A stretch of DNA of 61,055 nt. It comes from an uncultured Chitinophagales bacterium (GTDB taxonomy: Bacteria; Bacteroidota; Bacteroidia; Chitinophagales; UBA8649). Of this stretch, positions 56,315 through 61,055 are shown one piece after another. A program made the position numbers and the translations under genes. Position 1 is the stretch's first letter. Each line of letters begins with the position of its first letter. A model generated the notes under the pieces. It made no database searches and had not been told where the DNA came from. It saw only the letters and a program-made list of their open reading frames with translations. The stretch lies in assembly GCA_964655225.1 (NCBI GenBank), contig CAZZMB010000001.1:37752-98806 (forward strand). The letters are read 5' to 3'.

Positions 56315-58657
56315 ATGAAAAAGAATATATTTCTCCTAATCTTTATAATGACTAAGATGGCATTTAGTTTGGCTCAAAACGCCACACTAAAGGGAAAGAT
56401 TGTTGATGACAACAAGGACGAATTGATTGGAGTTAATGTGATTGTTGACGTCAGTAAATCCTTGGCTACTCAGACGGATTTCGAAGGTAATTACACTTTA
56501 ATTTTACCTCCGGGAAAGTATCTTGTGACCTATTCTTTTATTGGGAAGGAAGATCAGATAAAAATGCTTAATCTCAAAGCAGGAGATGTAAAAACAGTTA
56601 ATGTTTTTATGACTTCAGATGATGTTGAGCTCAAATTGGTCACTGTTTCAGGGGGGAAATATGAGAAAAATTTCGGTGAAGAAACCGTAAGTATGGAAAT
56701 CGTTCCCACGAGTATCATTGAGAATAATGTCGCCCAGGCTCAAGAGGCGCTAAATAAAGTGCCGGGTTATCAAAACTTAGGTGAAAGTCCAAGTATTCGC
56801 GGTGGTAGTAGCTTTGCGGCTGGATCTTCCTCAAGAACACTATTTTTGATAGATGGGGTTCCTCAGTTGAGTCCAGAGAATGGAGCTATATATTTTGAGA
56901 CCATGCCCCTAGAAAATTTAAAACAGGTCGAAGTGCTTAAAGGTGCTTCATCATCATTATATGGCTCTTCAGCACTCAATGGGATTATCAACTTTAGAAC
57001 AGCTTGGCCAAAAAAAGGAGAGCCTTATCATCGCTTGACTACCGCTGTCGGTATATATCAAAAATTCACCTCAAACTTGATTAAGTCTAAGAATGAAAAG
57101 GAATCGAGAAGCCAAGATCCTAATTGGTGGTGGGATGATGAAAATCATTTACCCGTTTTTATGAATCAAACTTATGAATATCGAGAGTCTTTTGAAAAAA
57201 TAGATGTCGTTTTTGGTTCTTATTATCGACATGATCAAAGTTTTAGAAAAGATGATGAGTACGATCGTTTTAGAGTTAATGGAAAACTTCGCCATATTTC
57301 AGAGAAATTTAAAGGCTTAACCATTGGAACAGCCTGGAATTTTGCCTACGAGGAAGGTGGCCAGTTTTTTATGTGGAGTGGAACAGATAGAGATGCTTTA
57401 CTTCCATCCGATCCTGTATCAGCATTCAATAAAGATGTTCGAACGGATTATGTACTTAGAAGAATTAGTATTACTCCATTCGTAACTTATTTCGATAAGA
57501 AAGAAAACAAGCACAGTTTAAATGTAAAGTATTACAATAATCAGAGTACCAACTTCACCTTAGAAAGTAATCAAACCAATCATGTATATGGGGAGTATAC
57601 ATTTGAGCACCAAATGCTTGATAAAGGGATGAACTTGATAACGGGGGCTCAAGGTTCATATACTTCAGCAAATGGAAAGAATTTTGGAAACAAGCCCTAT
57701 GATGCAACGAACGCTGCTGTTTTTGCACAACTAGATAAGAAATTTTTCGGCAAACTTAATTTTACCGGGGGTATAAGAGTTGAGTTCAATAAGGTTGACA
57801 GTGTAATTCCTCAAAATAAAATGTTGATACTGTCTTTGTTTAAAAAAGAGGGATACTTCACTTCACCCGTAAAGCCTTTGCTACGTTTTGGTATGAATTA
57901 TGAACCTATTGAAGGCACCTATTTGCGTGCGAGTTGGGGGCAAGGTTTCAGGGTACCAACGATCAATGAATATTTTATTGATCTCAGAAGAACTTTGCAA
58001 GTTGTGGCCAATCCAAACCTTTTACCAGAAAATGGTTGGAGTGCTGAAATAGGTATAAAGCAAGGCGTGAAAGTTGGCTCATGGCAAGGCTTTTTTGATT
58101 TAGCAGGTTTTGTGACTAAATATGTTGATTTGATAGATTTCACTCTTATTCCCGGTGCAATTCAAGCGCAAAACCAAGATGATGCTCGAATTTCGGGAAT
58201 AGAAGTCTCTGCCTTGGGTCAAGGTAAATTATTTGGGTACCCATTTACATTTCTTACTGGATATACTTATATGCAGCCAGTTTTGTTAAATCCAGACTCA
58301 AGCAGAAGATACTTGTTTCCAGAGACCTATCAGTTCATTAGCTATCGAAATAAGCATAGTTTTAAGGCTGATATTGAAGCAACAATTGGCTTTGTTGCAT
58401 TAGGTTTTTCAAGCAATTATACAAGCTATATGATCAATATTCCGCTAACGAATAATGCGATATTGGGAGTTCGAGATTATCGGGAAAGAAATCCAAATGG
58501 AGAATGGGTGTTTGATGCTAGACTTCGTTTTATTGTGTCGGAAAAATCCGACGTAACCTTCGTGATTAAAAATCTTTTTAATAATGAGTATACGACTCGT
58601 CCAGGGATTTTGGAAGCACCCAGAAACTTCACTATCCAATATCAACATCAATTTTAA
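56315..58657 (+). CDS. TonB-dependent receptor, paralog of the upstream gene (CarboxypepD_reg-like plus plug plus barrel)
   Basis: 780 aa. Collinear similarity to the 820-aa neighbour (LKGKIVDD..VNVIVDVSKSLATQTDFEGNYTLILPPGKY; VTVSGGKYEKNFGEETVSMEI; VEVLKGASSSLYGSSALNGIINF). Ends in the canonical terminal Phe (..YQHQF). Confidence 0.9.
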   Translation: MKKNIFLLIFIMTKMAFSLAQNATLKGKIVDDNKDELIGVNVIVDVSKSLATQTDFEGNYTLILPPGKYLVTYSFIGKEDQIKMLNLKAGDVKTVNVFMTSDDVELKLVTVSGGKYEKNFGEETVSMEIVPTSIIENNVAQAQEALNKVPGYQNLGESPSIRGGSSFAAGSSSRTLFLIDGVPQLSPENGAIYFETMPLENLKQVEVLKGASSSLYGSSALNGIINFRTAWPKKGEPYHRLTTAVGIYQKFTSNLIKSKNEKESRSQDPNWWWDDENHLPVFMNQTYEYRESFEKIDVVFGSYYRHDQSFRKDDEYDRFRVNGKLRHISEKFKGLTIGTAWNFAYEEGGQFFMWSGTDRDALLPSDPVSAFNKDVRTDYVLRRISITPFVTYFDKKENKHSLNVKYYNNQSTNFTLESNQTNHVYGEYTFEHQMLDKGMNLITGAQGSYTSANGKNFGNKPYDATNAAVFAQLDKKFFGKLNFTGGIRVEFNKVDSVIPQNKMLILSLFKKEGYFTSPVKPLLRFGMNYEPIEGTYLRASWGQGFRVPTINEYFIDLRRTLQVVANPNLLPENGWSAEIGIKQGVKVGSWQGFFDLAGFVTKYVDLIDFTLIPGAIQAQNQDDARISGIEVSALGQGKLFGYPFTFLTGYTYMQPVLLNPDSSRRYLFPETYQFISYRNKHSFKADIEATIGFVALGFSSNYTSYMINIPLTNNAILGVRDYRERNPNGEWVFDARLRFIVSEKSDVTFVIKNLFNNEYTTRPGILEAPRNFTIQYQHQF

Positions 58658-58842
58658 GGTCGTATTTCATATTTACGGACAGATGGATTATTTGAACTGT
58701 CTTAGTTTCTATAATTGTTTTGAGTTGGAATCTAAGGACTATAGAAAATGGCTATAGCGCTAATTTGAAACACTTTTTTTTTCTATCGCAGTTTCATTAT
58801 TAAATAATAGCATAAAAAATAGTAGCCTTGGTCTCATAGCTT

Positions 58843-58850
58843 TAACTTTG
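58843..58850 (+). promoter_or_regulatory. Candidate -7 box (TAACTTTG) for the methyltransferase gene
   Basis: Exact TAnnTTTG about 19 nt upstream of the TTG start at 58870. Confidence 0.38.
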
Positions 58851-58869
58851 TGAATCATAATAATTTAAT

Positions 58870-59667
58870 TTGAACTTATCCGCAAAAATACATTCTCTAA
58901 AGCACTATCTAAAATATGCTTTGTTTTCCAAGAGTAAATTCAAAATACACTCTCCATTTGTTTTTGCTTTTATTACTCAAATTCTTGAAGATAAAGGTTC
59001 GGAATATAAGGCGTTGCGAGATCAATTAAATCAATATTATAAGGAAAATAAGATCCAAGTTAGTACGGAAGGAAATGCTGGAGAAGGCTCGAAAAGCCTT
59101 GGTAAAAGAACGATGTCTGCAAGTAGTTTTTCTAATAAAGTTGGTCTACCTTCAAAATATGGCAAGGTTTTACATGGTTTGATTAGAGAAAATAATATTC
59201 ACAGCGTTATTGAGCTGGGTACATCTCTAGGCATAAGTACCTCCTATCTATCATCTCATGCGGCTGTTGATGTTAAGACAATCGAAGCCAATAAGCAAGT
59301 GCTGGATGTTACCCGTCAAGCATATCAAGAGATAGGGAATAGTAAATCTATTCATTTTATTCACGCTAGGTTTGATACTGTTTTAGATGATTTATGTAAA
59401 GCGGGCTTGGCAAATACCTTAATTTTTATTGATGGAGACCACAATAAAGAAGCTGTAATACGCTATTTCACCAGCTGCCTTCCCTTTGTAGAAGAGTCAA
59501 CTATTCTAGTTTTTGATGATATTTATTGGAGCGAAGGTATGACCGATTCTTGGCATGAAATATTCCATCATGAAAAAGTGAGGTTAAGTATAGATATTTT
59601 TAGAATGGGCATCGTTTTTTTTAAACACGCCAACAAAGAAAAACAACATTTTCAAGTACGGTATTGA
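58870..59667 (+). CDS. Class I SAM-dependent (O-)methyltransferase-like protein
   Basis: 265 aa, TTG start per the ORF track. Motif I VIELGTSLGISTSYL, FIDGDH and VFDDIYWS resemble Methyltransf_24 / O-methyltransferase family 3 proteins. Confidence 0.72.
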   Translation: MNLSAKIHSLKHYLKYALFSKSKFKIHSPFVFAFITQILEDKGSEYKALRDQLNQYYKENKIQVSTEGNAGEGSKSLGKRTMSASSFSNKVGLPSKYGKVLHGLIRENNIHSVIELGTSLGISTSYLSSHAAVDVKTIEANKQVLDVTRQAYQEIGNSKSIHFIHARFDTVLDDLCKAGLANTLIFIDGDHNKEAVIRYFTSCLPFVEESTILVFDDIYWSEGMTDSWHEIFHHEKVRLSIDIFRMGIVFFKHANKEKQHFQVRY

Positions 59668-59964
59668 TAAGGGTGTTAAGTGTAATTCTATCTCTAATAT
59701 CGATTGGATATAGTCAAAAGATATTCTATATAGATAGTTACTTATCCAATTTTTATATTGAGGATGAGCCTAGATTTGTTTTCACAAAAATGCTTTTTAA
59801 TTGTTGAATGATTCGAGTTTATGAGAGTTAAAAACTCTCATACGGGAATTTTTTGAATCAGAAGGTTTGGAAATCCAGGAGATAGCAAGCATAAATAATC
59901 GTCAGTTAACTTTTTCCAATCAAGAAACTGACTTTAAGCTTGAATCCGAGTGTTAAATGGAAAA

Positions 59965-60792
59965 TTAAACAATAAATAAACTCAAATAGATAACTGCTAA
60001 AGACATTAAGCCTACAAAAATTGGAGTATAATTTATCTTCTCAAGATCTTTGTTACTTGAGATACCTATATATCGTTTGTTGAAGTTGAAAATCATGATA
60101 AATACCAGAATAGCAAAAAGTGAGAAGACTCTTATAAAATCAATGGCAAAATAATATTCTATATTATACCCAGGATAAATGATTAAAAGAAAAGCCATAA
60201 AGATTGAAACAAACATAAAAGGCAATAAAAATGTGTTTGCAAGAAACTTTACTCTAGTCCATTTTGTCCGTATAAAACTTCTCGAGTATGCAGCACGCAT
60301 AAAAGTACCAGAATAAAACCATGCAATGGTAGGTATTGTTGTCCAGACCAAGGTACATACAATGAATAGAACCTCTTTCTTGATGTAATACCAAGAGGCA
60401 ACAACCGCAATTCCGTGGGCAGTAAATGGAGCTGCAATAAAATTACCTATTACGAAAGCTAAGCAAGTGAGCATAGACCACAATAGGTAGAGTTTGGTCT
60501 TTGAATCATACTTAAATGAAAACTTTTTCATTGCTATCCAAAAAATAATTGCACTAATTAGCATCATTAAACTTGGGAAGCCATAAAGAAGCACTATTCT
60601 TAATTTTGACCAATTAGTATAAGCTTCTGCATTATAATCGACATAGGCAAAATAAAATGTAACATTGGCTAAATCAATTAAATATGCAAATACAAATATA
60701 AATAGCAGATGTAAAAGATGAATGGAAAAATATGAAAGCAACAATATAAACGCCACATTGGAGCATCTTTTAAGTAAAAGAAATTTATCCAT
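59965..60792 (-). CDS. Polytopic membrane protein of unknown function
   Basis: About 8 hydrophobic helices, no recognised motif. ATG 60792 (MDKFLLLKR) preferred over the GTG at 60828. Confidence 0.6.
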   Translation of the reverse strand: MDKFLLLKRCSNVAFILLLSYFSIHLLHLLFIFVFAYLIDLANVTFYFAYVDYNAEAYTNWSKLRIVLLYGFPSLMMLISAIIFWIAMKKFSFKYDSKTKLYLLWSMLTCLAFVIGNFIAAPFTAHGIAVVASWYYIKKEVLFIVCTLVWTTIPTIAWFYSGTFMRAAYSRSFIRTKWTRVKFLANTFLLPFMFVSIFMAFLLIIYPGYNIEYYFAIDFIRVFSLFAILVFIMIFNFNKRYIGISSNKDLEKINYTPIFVGLMSLAVIYLSLFIV

Positions 60793-61055
60793 AATGGTCG
60801 AATTTACACAATATAATTTTGGTAACACGACAAAGCGAAATACTTTTTTTCTTAAATAGGAAGATTGTTAAGTTAAATTATTGTCATATTATTTCCTGTT
60901 GTGTCAAAATTGCAACTTATAAAATGCATCTAGTCGATTCACTTTTTCTAAAAATAGATATCTCCCCAGATTTATTTGCATAAATTTTAACAGCAAAACA
61001 ACTAATTTGAATTTATTCTAAGCTAAAATCCTTGGATGGTGGCACCCATTCACAT

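Noticed and set aside
59808-59960. Possible gene relic downstream of the methyltransferase: a 10-bp hairpin (TATGAGAGTT-AAA-AACTCTCATA, 59820..59842) followed by a start-less ~40-codon open frame reading ..LIREFFESEGLEIQEIASINNRQ.., vaguely HTH-like
   Set aside because: There is no start codon, no recognisable family, and no flanking inverted repeats or transposase. The hairpin plus nearby T-run could simply be the methyltransferase terminator. This is too weak to call a pseudogene or a mobile-element scar.
1-61055. Whole-window scan for CRISPR arrays, IS elements, integrases, phage genes, toxin-antitoxin pairs, restriction-modification or other defence hallmarks, and long direct or inverted repeats
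   Set aside because: None found by eye. There are no regularly spaced repeats and no transposase, recombinase or nuclease-helicase defence-type ORFs. The tRNA-Ser is not flanked by an integrase or a direct repeat of its 3' end. The two methyltransferases look like small-molecule or O-methyltransferase types, not DNA methyltransferases.

Overview
AT-rich chromosomal segment, GC in the high 30s % by eye. It looks like a Bacteroidota genome of Flavobacteriia type. The reasons are three proteins ending in T9SS type-A C-terminal sorting domains, CarboxypepD_reg-type TonB-dependent receptors, no Shine-Dalgarno sequences, and recurrent TAnnTTTG -7 promoter boxes just upstream of start codons. I call 54 protein genes, one tRNA-Ser(UGA), six stem-loop terminators and 15 candidate promoter boxes. 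Most of the content is housekeeping:
- Cell wall: ddl, PASTA protein, mltG, glmM, murQ.
- DNA: gyrA, recQ, an NdpA-like nucleoid protein.
- Folate/pterin: folC, folE, queD.
- Translation: prfC, an RluA-type pseudouridine synthase.
- Energy and catabolism: lpdA, aldehyde dehydrogenase, acyl-CoA ligase, HMG-CoA lyase plus a two-subunit 3-oxoacid CoA-transferase.
- exbB-exbD-tonB.

I saw no transposase, integrase, phage gene, CRISPR array or recognisable defence gene, so this is not an obvious accessory island. The stretches that known families explain least well are:
1. 50264..58657: an arginine-free, Cys-rich lipoprotein and a 900-aa PKD/Ig T9SS cargo, transcribed divergently from two tandem SusD-less TonB-dependent receptor paralogs.
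2. 30144..33331: a T9SS-secreted HExxH metalloprotease immediately preceded by a free-standing lipoprotein copy of its own N-terminal pro-region.
3. 28934..30093: a motif-degenerate futalosine-hydrolase-like protein translationally coupled to a DUF4442 hot-dog protein.
4. 41962..46060: a co-directional sodium:solute symporter, orphan outer-membrane barrel and PduO adenosyltransferase.

All family assignments come from motifs read in the translations and recalled family signatures. No database search, alignment program or RNA-folding tool was run.
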